Shown: piece after piece, positions 51,415 through 63,800 of the stretch
How the letters are laid out: every line of letters begins with the position of its first letter
Numbering within the stretch: position 1 is the first letter of the stretch
NCBI GenBank assembly: GCA_043228905.1
Contig: JBHGNT010000022.1
Coordinates: 1,054,001 to 1,118,000 of the forward strand
DNA from: Azolla caroliniana
Lineage: Eukaryota > Plantae > Polypodiophyta
Length of the DNA: 64,000 nucleotides
Direction: 5' to 3'
Translations under genes and position numbers: made by a program
Notes under the pieces: generated by a model
The model's input: the letters and a program-made list of their open reading frames with translations, nothing else
What the model was told of the DNA's origin: nothing
The model's database searches: none

Positions 51415-53950
51415 CTATTGGTTCTTTTCATCTTCTTCCAATATGCCGAGGATATCCTCGGGGGCATGTGGTTGTTCGTTTTGATCTGAAGGTGGAACCT
51501 CAGATGTGGCCACGTTTGTCGAGTCTGGAACTGCTGGCGGGGGTAGAGTTGGTGAAAGGGGGTTTTTTGCCGAGTGTAGTGTAGCCGCGGCTTCTCGTTG
51601 AGTATCACCTTTTGGGTCTAGCTTGGGCAAGGTTGTATTCTCGATCTGTCGTTCTGGTTGTGGGAGCGTTGTTGGCTGTGGAGGTTTGATCTTTGGTGGC
51701 TACGTGTTCTTCTTCATAAGCCGCAGGCTCTATGCGAAACAGCATCTGATCATCGTTAAATCTTCGAGGAGTTGTTCGATTGCAGCGGTATGAGACTTTG
51801 TTAAGGCATGGAATTCCTCGGTCAGGTCTCCATGGAGGAGTTGGATGTTGTTCTCATCCATCTTATAAAATCCTCGACCCTCCTTCCATCGGTTCTCGGC
51901 ATCCGTGCGCAATACTTGTAGTTTGGCGGCTTGGGCCGACCACTCCTGCCATGCATGGGCTAGTGTTTCCTCGATCTTACTGTTAAACCGTTGCCGATGC
52001 TTGGCGACCAGTGCCTTGATTCTGGTTTCGTCCATACCGATCTGAGCACGGCAGACTTCCAATTCTTCCCTTACTGCCTGGGCTTCTTGATGGCGTTGGC
52101 GAACAATGTGTTCGCAAGTGGATTGGAGGCTGGTTGCCTTTGCTGTTAAGATTTCGAGTTCTCGCTTGAGGGCAGTTTCACATTCTGCGGCTTGTTCCCG
52201 CAGCTCACCGAGTTAGTCGATGGCTTTGTTGTGATGTTTCTTTGCCTCTTAGTTGTTCCTTGTAGTTTCGTGAGGGAGGTTCAGTTTGAGTAGAAGCTTG
52301 CACTGTCTGGGGGCGGGGTGCCCTATCTGTCTATGTAGATTTCTCGGTAGTCGTGATGACAGGATGTTGTACCGAATCGGTCATCATGGATGCGTCGACG
52401 GTGGTCACCACGAGGTGGCCAATGTCATTTGTTTGTGTTCCGGTTTCGACAGCACGTGATAACGGGTTTTGTAGAGGGGGTGATTGGGAGTTGCTACTAG
52501 GAGGTAGGAGGCTTAAGGGTTGACAGTCGTGAAGTTGTTGCTCCAACACCGCGATTCTTTGCTCGGAAGCCTTCCACAACTCGGTGGCCCGTTCTGCTTG
52601 CTTTCGGGCCATTTTGCTGCATCGTGCCATTTGTTTGGCCGCGTGAGTTGTGCGGTCCAAATCCCAGTACGCCTCTACCAGGGCCGTGTTTAAATCTGGT
52701 AGTTCCATGAGCAGAGGAGGGCTCTTTGCCTGCTTCTTCCGGCGGATTTTTGCAGAGCTCGATCCTCGTGAGGTTCGAGTTCTCCCATGAGGGCACGTTG
52801 AATCATCTTAGTCTCTGCATGCTCCTCGGCCATACGTGCTGCTGCAGCTACTTGGGTGCGTGCGAGGAAGTCCATCAATTCATACGTGATGCCGAGCCGA
52901 AGTAAAGCATTGAACTCGTATGCCTCCATGGGGAGGTCCTTGTAACCCAGTACTTCCTCCTCCGATATTTGGGTGGTTTGCCCATGCTCGATTTTTCCGG
53001 TGAGGGACGAGGTCCCTACTTGGGTAGTGGCCATGGAGAGTACGGCAGTCGGTCGTGCTTCCTTTGATTTAATCTATTGGTTACCCTTGGGGGTTGCTGT
53101 CGTGTCGTGATTTAGGCGTCTTTTCTTCTCAAGGGGGGTCCTGTGACCCTGGTGCGTTTTGCGTCATGACATCGGCCTGGTTTGTCCATGGTGTTCGTAC
53201 TCCCGAGGGTTGTTGGTTGGTTGAGAGAGGGCTTTGCCGTGGTGAGTCCTCCGATACCCTCGGTGGCTTCTGTCATATGGTGACATCCTCGGTGGTCGGC
53301 TCAAGGGTATCGTCCCATTCGACGTGGTTCAAGGTCAAGACCCTTTGTCGTTACATTTTTTGTGGTGATGTTGGAGATGTGGGGGGGCGCCGAAGGGAAG
53401 TCGTGGGGGGTAGGTATAGCACCGTGAGGTATTGTGCCAGCACAGGTAAAAAACACTTACCAGATTGAAAGGATCCAAAGCCACTCAGACTCCTTCGTCG
53501 GTGAGGATTCCCGAGTCCATGGTTCCGCCTTGGTGCGCCTTGATGATGACGGCGGCCTTCTTCTGTGGCATGTTGGTGGGGTTTGTATGTGCAAAGGCAT
53601 ATTCCATCAATATCTAAGCGATTTCACCTAAGAATTTTTTTGATCCTCCGTACCTGCGATACACCTTCCCAGAAACGGAGTATACGCCGAAGTAGTCTTT
53701 AACGGTCGTGTGAGGTGGGACCTCGACATCGTGTTCTCCACCGTGCTAGAGGTCTAACACGGAGCGAATGATGTTGTTAGTCACCGTGTCTGGGTGTAAC
53801 TGCCGCGCAATCTCTTGAGCTTCGAGGTGAGGAGGTGCGTCGATGACACGACGGTAGCCACCCAACCCACGTCTCTGCAACCATGTGCGGATTTCCTGGG
53901 AGACTTCGAGAGGCATAGTTGAATTGTGGGATGATTGAGACGGGAAGTGG
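51415..53950 (-). pseudogene. Disrupted extra ORF downstream of integrase in the Athila-like element (helical/coiled-coil-rich)
   Basis: Consecutive same-strand ORF pieces (53034-52690, 52708-52331, 52062-51730, 51630-51415) plus an upstream frame WLQRRGLGGY...KAAVIIKAHQGGTMD. No enzyme motif recognised. Confidence 0.6.
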
Positions 53951-56900
53951 ATGAGGCAAGGGCTAGACAGAGAGATGGAAGAGGTTGTTCGAAAGCGGGG
54001 ACGCGGTTCTGTGCAGGTATTCGGAGAGCGAGATGAGGGGATAGAGCGAGACAGTGGGTGTGAAGACGAGAGAGAGAGTTTGCGTGCAAGAACTGTGAGG
54101 GCGTGAAAGAGCTTGTTTGCTAGATGGTTGCGAACACGGAAGAGCTTCTGTGTGGGTGTATGCTTCGTTTGTGAGGTAACCTCTTTTATGTGAGTGCCTA
54201 GGTTTTTGCATTGGGCTGAGGTTCTCTAGATTCTTGATCGTCCTTGTCACAATAAGCTATTATGGCCCCCATCCCAGGACTGTTAGTGCTACTTCCCTCG
54301 TGTGGTGTGCATGTTCTTTAAATACTAGGTTAAAGTGAAGGTGACTTCTAGTGCACGTAATGATTTTTTTTTTTGTTTTTCTTTTTTCCAGACTCTATGT
54401 GATTCTATGTGAGTGCGGATTTTAATGCTAAAACAACTCCTAAAATTACCTAGTATACAATTTCGGGGGGTAGGTAATGGGTTTACCCCTTCTGACACGT
54501 GGCAACTGTCGTAGGCTGGTCAGTGTCGTGGCTTGACTTGGGAAAGGGATTGGGTGGGATAGTCCCGTGGTATGGTTTAAGTCAGAACCCATTTACTCAA
54601 CTTTGGACAATGTCGCTAGTGAGTGTGCTGAGCTGAAATGTGCCGTTAAACTTGCCGATGATCCAGAAAGGCCCCGTCCATCGAAAACGTAGTTTCCCTG
54701 GCATTGCGTCGAGCCGTGTTTGAAAGACTAACACAGGTTTTCCGAAGGTAAATGATTTTTTTGTACCTTTGCGGTGCCAATCCACGAAGGCTTTGCGTTG
54801 CCATTGTCGTGTTTCAAGTTGGGCCATACTGGCCACTCGGTTTTCACCGAGTTCGAGAAGTTGCTCGAGTTGATATTGCTCAAATTGGGATTCTGGCAGC
54901 CTTTCCTTGACTTGGACTCGAAGACTCGGAATCTGGAACTCGATTGGCATTATTGCTTCCAACCCAAATTTCATTCCAAAGGGGGTGGATTGAATGTTGG
55001 TTTTGAATGTGGTCTGATATGCCCATAGTGCACTGTGAAGTTTGTCATCCCAATCGGTGCAGTTCTCGTTAACGATCTTTTTGAGGATTGTTTGCAGTAT
55101 TTTATTCGAGGATTCTGCCAATCCGTTCGCCTAAGGGTAGTATGGCGTGCTTTTCTTATGCACTATTGCATAGTGCGTGGTGAGCTCGCCAATAATTTGA
55201 TTTAGAAAATGCCCGCCTTGGTCACTGATGAGCTCGATTGGGCATCCAAAACGACACCAGAGATGTTTGTAAACGAATTTTTCCATGGATGCGGCTGTGT
55301 TGTCACGGAATGCCTTAGCCTCGACCCATTTTGTACAATAGTCGGTTGCTACGATGATATACTTGTTCCCGGTCCAATCTGCAGTTGGTTTCAATGGTCC
55401 GACGAAATCAAACCCCCATTTTTGAAAGGGTTCTAATGGGAGGATGGGTTGATGCGGCATTCGTGCTTGTTTGGTCGGCTATCCCATACGCTGACACAAA
55501 TCACACTGCGACAGAATTCCTAAGCATCCTTTTCGTGGTAGGCCACCATAACCCGCTTTGCCATACTTTTTGTGTCGTGGAATCTCCAGCATAGTGACCT
55601 CCTACTATTCTTTAATGTGCTTCTTAGAGAATTGCTGGTTTTTCGAATTGTCGTACCACGCGGCGCCAAATGCCATCTGAGCCTTTGTGATAGAGGGTGT
55701 CTGTGATAGAGGGCTCCTAACTGCTAGCCATTTCCGAGCATCTAGGGGTAAGTGGTCAGGAGGAAGACCGGTGCTGAGGAAGTGGGTCATGTCTCTGATC
55801 CATTCGTCTTCGTTCTCGTCCGGTGTCGTTGTTGTTGTCAGACTGAAGAGGTGAACGTTTGGTAGATCATCGTACGTCGAATCGGCTGGTTCCCCTGACT
55901 CGAGGCGACTAAGGTAGTCAGCTACTGCGTGTTGGACCCCTGGCCGGTGGTGAATCTAAAAGTCAAATTCTTGTAGAAGCGACATCCATTGGGCTAGTTG
56001 ACCCGCGAGAGCCTGTTTGTTGACCAAATAAAGAAGGAACGAGTGGTCAACGTGAAATGTGAATCGTCGGCCGAGGAGGTAATGTCGAAACTTCGTGATG
56101 CTGTAAACCATGTTGAGGGCTTCACATTCTTGTGGAGTAGTTCTTTTCCGTGGCCGAGAAATGGCGGCTAGCATAATACACTGGTTGATACCAATTTGGC
56201 GGTGTGCATTGCATGAGTGCGCTTCCAATGGCTAAATCCAATGCGTCCACAAAAACGTGGAATTGTCACAAAAAATACACATTTTGCTGGGTTTAAGCTC
56301 AACCGAGCTTGGCGACATCGGTCAAGACAAAAGCGTAACTGGGCCAAGTGTTCTAGTTGCCGGCCATATACAGCGAAATCGTCGAGGAAGACATGCATGA
56401 ACGCCGGAATATATTCGTCGAAGATCTCGGTGATAATTCGTTGAAACGTAGCTGATGCCATTTTTAAGCCGAACATCATTACTTCGGCCACGAAGACACC
56501 CCATTCCGTGACAACTGCCGTTTTCTCCTGATCATCTGGGTGCATACGGATTTTATTATAGCCGTTGAATCCATCTAAAAAACTGTAGCATTCGTGGCTA
56601 GCCACTATGTCGAGTACACTATCCGTGAATGGGAGTGGGAAAGCGTCTGTGACCGTCACGGCATTGAGTTTGCGGTAATCGACGCAAACGCGGATTTGTC
56701 CGTTTTTCTTGGGGACAACGACGATGGGGCTTAACCATGTGGCCCTTTTCACTGGTCGAATGAAACCTACGCAGAGAAGTTTATCGATCTCCTCTTTGAC
56801 TTTCACCGTTGTCGTGAAGAATTTCGTCCAGAGGTGGAAACCGGGAAACATTGGCTACATCGGCGGGGTGCAGCATGTGTGCTCACCCTTGTACATTTAG

Positions 56901-57588
56901 TGTGAATAACGAGGGCGCCTTTATGGAGCCGAAGAGCAGTTAAGTCGGGATTTATCCCACATTGTAACGCATCCCTCTCTTTGTTCTATAAAAGGAAGGG
57001 AGTGCCCTGTGTGAAAGGGTTGCCCATTTTGGCGTTAGATTTAGGGTTAGTTACGCTTCTTCTTCTTCTTCTTCTTCTTTTTTCCCCCTTCGTGTTTTGC
57101 TTAGGGTTTGCTTTGGCTCGGCCTCCTGTGCAAGACCCCGCTCGGCGCGACGAGCTGAGAGCTCCCCGACGGCGGCTTGACAGCAGACGACTGTTGTAAC
57201 CTACCTTGGTTCGGCTCGAAACCGGGAATGTATTCTTCCTTTATATATATATACATTTGCGTCTGTCTATGTATATTCGCGTCTCTGTTGGGGTCGGGTG
57301 CTTCCCCTTTCCTGCGTTTCCTGTACATAAGGGCGTGAGTCGGGTCGGCATGTGTGTGTGTGTGCGTGTGTGTGCGTGAGTCGGTGTTAAGCGCGCGCTC
57401 CCTCTCTTTCTCTCTCTCCCTTCGGTCGCTTCAGGTGTTCTTCTAGGATTCCCCGGAAACGGTGAAGCACGACTTCCTACGCTCTGTCACTCCCTAGTCC
57501 AAGACCCCCGTGGTCCCGCCTTTCTCCACGCACGCGCGTAACAACGCGATATCTTTGGTGAACCCGACGTGAAAGGCGGCAAGGGAGG

Positions 57589-58648
57589 ATGGAGTCGGAA
57601 GACGACGACCTCGCGGTGATGGTGGCCGAAGTGGTGTTGGAGTCGGCACGAGTGGTGATGAGGCGAGAAGCAGCGCAACAAGCGGTTGAGCGAGTGGTCG
57701 AAAGAGTCGACCGTTTCAACGGGGACAAAGTCCCATCTTACTTGGGAGCCTACAATGCGGATATAGAGGAGCGTGGCGTAGACGAGGCGTTGAGGCTGGA
57801 GTTCTTCTGTCGGGTATTAGCTGTCCGGATGCATGCGGAAGTAAAGGAGCTCCGTGAGGCTCATAGTTCGTGGGAGGCCTTCGAAGAGGCGCTCCTGAAG
57901 GCTTACGGAGGACTGGTTGAAGGTCGGAAGGGTGTGCCAACGGCTAGATGATGAGCGAGCCGAGAAGGCTAAGAGGAAGGGGCGCGATGGCGTGCTATCA
58001 CAGCAGGAAGAGGCCGAACAACAAAGGGAGTTGGCAAGGATCGGCGTTGAGGCCCGGATTGCGGAGGCGTACACAGCTCTCGAGGCGATGCTCGAGGAAG
58101 AGGAAAGATCGAGGTCGCAAGCCGAGACTGAGGAGACGGACTTGCCCCACGTGACGGCGGAAGATCGGTACCACGGTACCACGGGAGAGGGTGCGGAACA
58201 AAATGCCCTCTCGACTTGCGAAGATAGAACGGCCAAGGACGAGGCCAAGATACAGATCGCGGAACCGGATCATTGGAACCAGCGGCTTCGGGCGTGTCAG
58301 CCCGAAACCCCGGGAATCGGAGAAACAAGCCCAGGCAGGGCTTGCGCGATCGGTAAAAAGACGACCGTCGACCACGAAGAGTCGGTGGCTACGGACAAGG
58401 GCGTAAAACGGACGGGCGATTCTTTGTGTCTTCCCACACTTGCTCCCGAGACGATGGCAGTCGGGCCCGAGTGCCCACGTGAGTCCCAAGCGGAGGAAGG
58501 CGGTGGCGAAAGACCAAGAATCACCGGCGAGACGATACGGGTAAGGAGCGGACGAAAGCCCACGGACCCGATTTCGAAGAACTCGGCATTCGGGCCCGTA
58601 TGCCCCTGTAAGACCGAGGAGATGGATGGCGGTACCGAGGAGTCCTAG
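57589..58648 (+). pseudogene. Gag-like ORF (frameshifted near 57920) of the non-autonomous element
   Basis: AVERVVERVDRFNGDKVPSYL...WEAFEEAL aligns with AVERLVQHNGQFNGKDVSQYL...WEAFEEAL of the gag at 26858. Confidence 0.8.
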
Positions 58649-59039
58649 CACGATGCCAGTGAAGACGGATGGGAAACGACCTGTGAGGAGGCCGAGGACG
58701 GACGCGGCACGAGGAGATCGGCATTCCGATGCGGATGGAGCAGAATCTGGTCGTGGATCGTTCGATCGGCGCCAGATTCGGCATGAAAGTGCCTATATGG
58801 AAGGGTGTGCGGGACGAGCCGCCCTCTTTTACATGGGGAGAAAGACCGACCGAGCGAAGGTCGAGAGTTGGGAGGAAGGTGATCAAAGGTTCGTAACGAG
58901 TCTGGCAAGATCGGCATCGGAGCCGAAACTCCGGACATTGGAGAATCAAGCTCAGGCAGGGCTTGATTGATCACAAAGCAGATGCTATCCACCGACACCA
59001 CTAAAAGGGGCAGTGGCCCGGACGAGTTGCAAAAAGACA

Positions 59040-60850
59040 TTGCGAAATCGGTTACGCCACATCTTATCCGGAGACTTCGGCAGTTCGGCCGACGTGGCAA
59101 CGTGAGACCGAAGAGATGGAGGATGGAGGCAAGTACGCGAGGAGAGAAGCGACGAGTTCGGGAAAAGTACAAGGGATGAAGAGGAGAACGGAGTCCGGTC
59201 CTACAGGATCCCCACACCAGTCCGGAGGCCCCGACAGTTCAGCCAACGTGGCAACGTGAGACCTAGGGAGAAGGTTGGTGGCGACAGGAGAACGGGACCC
59301 GGCAATACGGAGAAGGACGAACGGACCCGGACGAGAACCGGGCGGAGCGAACTCCCGGATGAACATTCCGGGAGGGAGGAAGAGAGCAGGCCTACGGAGA
59401 GGCCGAGGAGACGGTACGTCGGTACCACGGGAGACGGTGCGGAATGAAACGCCCTCTCGGCATGCGGAAAAGGACGACCCGGGACAAGGTCACGAAGACA
59501 AATCGGCGGCCCAAGGAGGATCCTTCACACCGGTTCTAGAGACTTCAGCAGTCGGCAACGCGGCCGACATAAGACCAAGATACTGATGGTGGCGGCGAGG
59601 TGACGAAGGCAAAAGGGCTACGGATGGGCGGTCTACGGGGATCCTTCACACCGGTTCTAGAGACTTCAGCAGTCGGCAACGCAGTCGACGTAAGACCAAG
59701 ATACTGACGGTGGCGGCAGGAGAACGTGATCGGACGACAGGAGGCGACGAACAACAAGGAGGTATCAGGCCGGCGAGGCGGCCATGAACCAAATCGGACC
59801 TTCCGGCAAGGTCAGTGGGCGTAAGGAAGTCCGGTCCTACGGGATCCCCACACTTAACCAGAGACTCCGGCAGTTCGGCCAACGTGGCAACATGAGACCG
59901 AGAGAGAAGGTTGGTGGCGGCGGGAAAGGGGACCCGACTACGCAGAAGACACGAGGAGAGTCGTGAAGGACTCCGACAAAAGACACCCAGATCTCGGCAA
60001 GCGACGAAACAAAGGCAGGTCCTATGGGACCCTCACACCGATCCGGAGACTCCGGCAGTTCGGCCAACGTGGCAACGTGAGACCTAGGGAGAAGAACGGT
60101 GGCGGCAAGGAACGGGACCCAATGACACGAGGTAGTGGATCGAGAGCCGGTAAGACGGGGCGGACGAAGTGCGAAACCCTCACAAGCCGGTTACGGTTTC
60201 AGAAGTAGCTGGTAGGGGCAAACATAAGGAGGTGTGTCGGGCCGGAAAGGCACACCTGGGGCGGAACAAGAGTCTCGCAAGTGGCCATCGCGGGCCGGAT
60301 CGAAGCGTGACTGCGGGACGGTGTTCGGCGCGGGCGGAAGACGGCACAAGGGAGGTGTCAGGAACGAGGTGACGTAGTGGACTGCACAGGGTCAGAGTCA
60401 AGGGATGACAAGAGAGGCCGGAGGAGGATCCTCCACACTCGCTTCGTAGATCTCGGGAGCTCCGTCGAAGTAGCGAAGACTGACACGGCAAGGCCGGGGT
60501 GACAAGCTGGTGGGGGCGAGGGGACAATGGCAAGCGGAAGACTCGGGACCTTTTGCAGCAGCACGAAGACAGGAAGGGCCAAGCGGCCTACTGCGGGGTG
60601 TTCCTCGGATGCGGAGGACACCAGTATGCGGGTGAGCGGCGACGCACGATCTGGCCGGGAAAGGGGCCGACAAGGCGTGAAATGAACCGGAGTACGGCAC
60701 AGGCGGTGCCAAACAACAGACGAGGGTATGGGGCGCACGGAGGTGCTAGAGTAGAAAGGCGAGCGCGGAGATAGGTTGCGCGGTTCGGAGGTAGTGCGTA
60801 GAAGGCCTGAGAAGGATCCTCCACACCGTTCCGGAGACCATGGCGGTTCG
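59040..60850 (+). repeat. Dispersed internal repeat family replacing pol
   Basis: Core ggatcc.cacacc.gt.c.gagact.c.gcagt(t)cggc(c)aacg.ggc.ac.t.agacc recurs at about 59050, 59205, 59518, 59639, 59840 and 60025, with partial copies at about 60425 and 60812. Confidence 0.85.
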
Positions 60851-63800
60851 AGCGGACGCGAAGATGTAAGACCATGGAGAAGGAAGGTGGCGGCGAGAGG
60901 ACAAAGGCAATGCGAAACAACATGGGACGGCAATCAGGACAACACGAATGCTCAACGGAGGACATCGGGCATATGGCGGGGAGCGGGGAGCGGGGCGTGC
61001 ATACGGCCGAACAGGGGCCAGCGGAAGTATGTGTACTACGGAGATCGCGGTGGAGGACCCATCGACGGGTTGAACGAGCCTACGGGGAGGTAAGCGTGAA
61101 GGAAGAACCGAAGCCGACGGATCAAACCGGCAACGAGCCGGGATGCGGATTACGGAAGACCGGTTTCTCACCGGCCGAAATCTCTCACCCTTCACCGAAA
61201 TTGGCACGTACCGGTGGATGTGCGGTAAGGTGGGGGCGGATGTCGTGAAGAATTTCGTCCAGAGGTGGAAACCGGGAAACATTGGCTACATCAGCGGGTG
61301 CAGCATGTGTGCTCACCCTTGTACATTTAGTGTGAATAACGAGGGCGCCTTTATGGCGCCGAAGAGCAGTTAAGTCGGGATTTATACCACATTGTAACGC
61401 ATCCCTCTCTTTGTTCTCTAAACGGAAGGAGCACCCTGTGTGAAAGGGTTGCCCATTTTGGCGTTAGAGGGTATACCGTTAGATTTAGGGTTAGTTACGC
61501 TTCTTCTTCTTCTTCTTCTTTTTTCCCCCTTCGTGTTTTGCTTAGGGTTTGCTTTGGCTCGGCCTCCTGTGCAAGACCCCGCTCAGCGCGACGAGCCGAG
61601 AGCTCCCCGACGGCGGCTTGACAGCAGACGACTGTTGTAAGCTACCTTGGTCCGGCTCGAGGCCGGGAATGTATTCTTCCTTTATATATATATACATTTG
61701 CATCTGTCTATGTATATTCGCGTCTCTGTTGGGGTCGGGTGCTTCCCCTTTCCTGCGTTTCCTGTGCATAAGTGCGTGAGTCGGGTCGGCATGTGTGTGT
61801 GTGTGTGTGTGTGCGCGTGAGTCGGTGTTAAGCGCGTGCTCCCTCTCTTTCTCTCTCTCCCTTCGGTCGCTTCAGGTGTTCTTCTGGGATTCCCCGGAAA
61901 CGGTGAAGCACGACTTCCTACGCTCCGTCACTCCCTAGTCCAAGACCCCCGTGGTCCCGCCTTTCTCCACGCACGCGCGTAACAACGCGACACCGCGTAG
62001 TAGGGATTCATGCGATAACATCGTTGTTGCATCGGCCGAGCGTCGTGCTAGAGGTGTATTTGGTGTTGGTAATATTGGGAATCCAATCCCTTCATGTCGG
62101 TGTAGGACCAGGAGAATACATCCTGGTATTCTGTAAGCAGCCGTATGAGTGCGGATCGTTCGTCGGGTGGTAAGTTGTTGGCGATTTTTAGTGTTCGCGG
62201 GTTTTTGTCGGAACCGAGGTTAAGTGACTCGAGTGTGAATGGCTTGACTCGTTGGGAGATAGCGATTTCCCGTTCAAACACGTCACGAGCGTGGCGTAAC
62301 TCAACGATTGTGTGGATCTAGCTCGGCTTGAGGGAGTGATTCCTCAGTGACAACCTCGGCCACAGGTGAGCTGATGGCCGAGATGACGTCTATTTCGAAG
62401 AGGGGTATGATCTTGGGATGTTCTTTCAGGAAGTGATCTACTACCTCTTCGGCTAGTCCGTCGAGCATGTGCACGCCTTCCGCGTATAAGGGAGTGGTGT
62501 TTTGGGGCGTGGGGAGGCGTTCCTCCGTTATTAGCCGTACCTTAGTCTTTCCTCAACGAAATGAGATCATGTTGTGCTATCAGTGTTGGTTAATGTTGGC
62601 TGTTCGCAACCAGGGACAACCAAGAAGCATTGGGTATGCTCCCGGGGCTTCGAGGTGTAAGACTACTGCCGATATAGTGAACATATGGCCTCCTAGCATG
62701 AATTCAAGATAGCGGATTAACCCTATTGGGCGAACCAATCGTGTATCAGCCATCCGGAGCTTGAAGGGGCATGGTTCCCACTGGGTAAGGCCGAGATTTT
62801 GGCATGTGGCCTCGTTGATTACGTTAACACCGGAGCCTCCGTTGATGATGCGCCCGTGAAGGTCACGTTCCTTGATGATGATTTTCACGGCGGGAATCCA
62901 TGAGAGCTGGTCCCGTCCTTGGCTCAGCCAGGTAAATAGGGAGTGTTCTGGATTTGGTATCAGAGGTTAACATAGCCAATGTATCTCTAAATCGTGGCAT
63001 GAGTGGCAGGAGCTTATGTAATGGTAGCGATATCTGTGAGCTGGTGAGAGCGTCCCACAATTGGTTGTCTTCAGCTGAGGTTGGATGGTTGTGTGGACTG
63101 TGGTGCCCTGCTGGTGATGTCCTGCAACTCGGTGTGCATCTAATCGACGTTGGTTTTGTTGGCGTTGTCGATCCATTCCTTGGCAGCTTGTCTGACTTCA
63201 TCTTGTATTTGTCATTGGGTTGATTAGGTTTTACTGCGCGTGGTGACCTGTTGAACGTCATCCATGATACTATTCACGGCCAGTGTCTTACCTCGGTCCT
63301 TGGTTGGGCATTGGGTAGTGTAATGGCCCAGTTGGTTACATTTGAAACAGGTGACCAACGTTGAGTTGCTCGTCTCTCCTCAATCATTTTGTAGGGGAGG
63401 GTGTGAGAGGTTTGTGGGCTCTCGTGTAGGCGAGGTGTAAAGCCGTTCGTGGGGCACGTTGTTCCTCAATTCATTGTGGGGAAGGACCTATGTGGTTTGA
63501 AGTGAGTAGGTTCTCGGCAACGATTGTCGTTGTGCCGTCGATTCTTTCGCGAACCTTGATGAGAGTTACGCTGATCATTTCGTAAATAACGTGGTTCATA
63601 CCGGTCATCCCGGTCGTCGTCGTATCGGTCGTAATCATCGTTGGCTCGATAGTGGTCATCGCGATCTCAATCATGGCCATCGTCCGATCGCCTTCGGTTG
63701 TCGGCTCGGTATCGGTCGTCATCGCGGCGGTAATCGTCGTCTCGTCGTTGATGATCCGATGACCGTGGATGCTCGTTATCCCTATTACGGTAGCATTGGA

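Larger units (their letters stand above)
56810..61992 (+). mobile_element. Non-autonomous gag-only LTR element (TR-GAG-like) of the Trp-primed gypsy group
   Basis: Near-identical LTRs 56810-57551 and 61241-61992, PBS TGGTGAACCCGACGTGAA at 57556, PPT GGTGGGGGCGGA, TSD CCGT/CCGC. Gag-like ORF at 57589; no PR, RT, RH or IN motif in 3.7 kb. Confidence 0.9.

Noticed and set aside
59040-60850. Repeat-spacer pattern reminiscent of a CRISPR array
   Set aside because: Repeats are long, degenerate and irregularly spaced, lie inside a plant LTR element, and there are no cas genes.
57716-61282. Numerous overlapping antisense ORFs in the gag-only element
   Set aside because: Expected from high GC content; no domain motifs.
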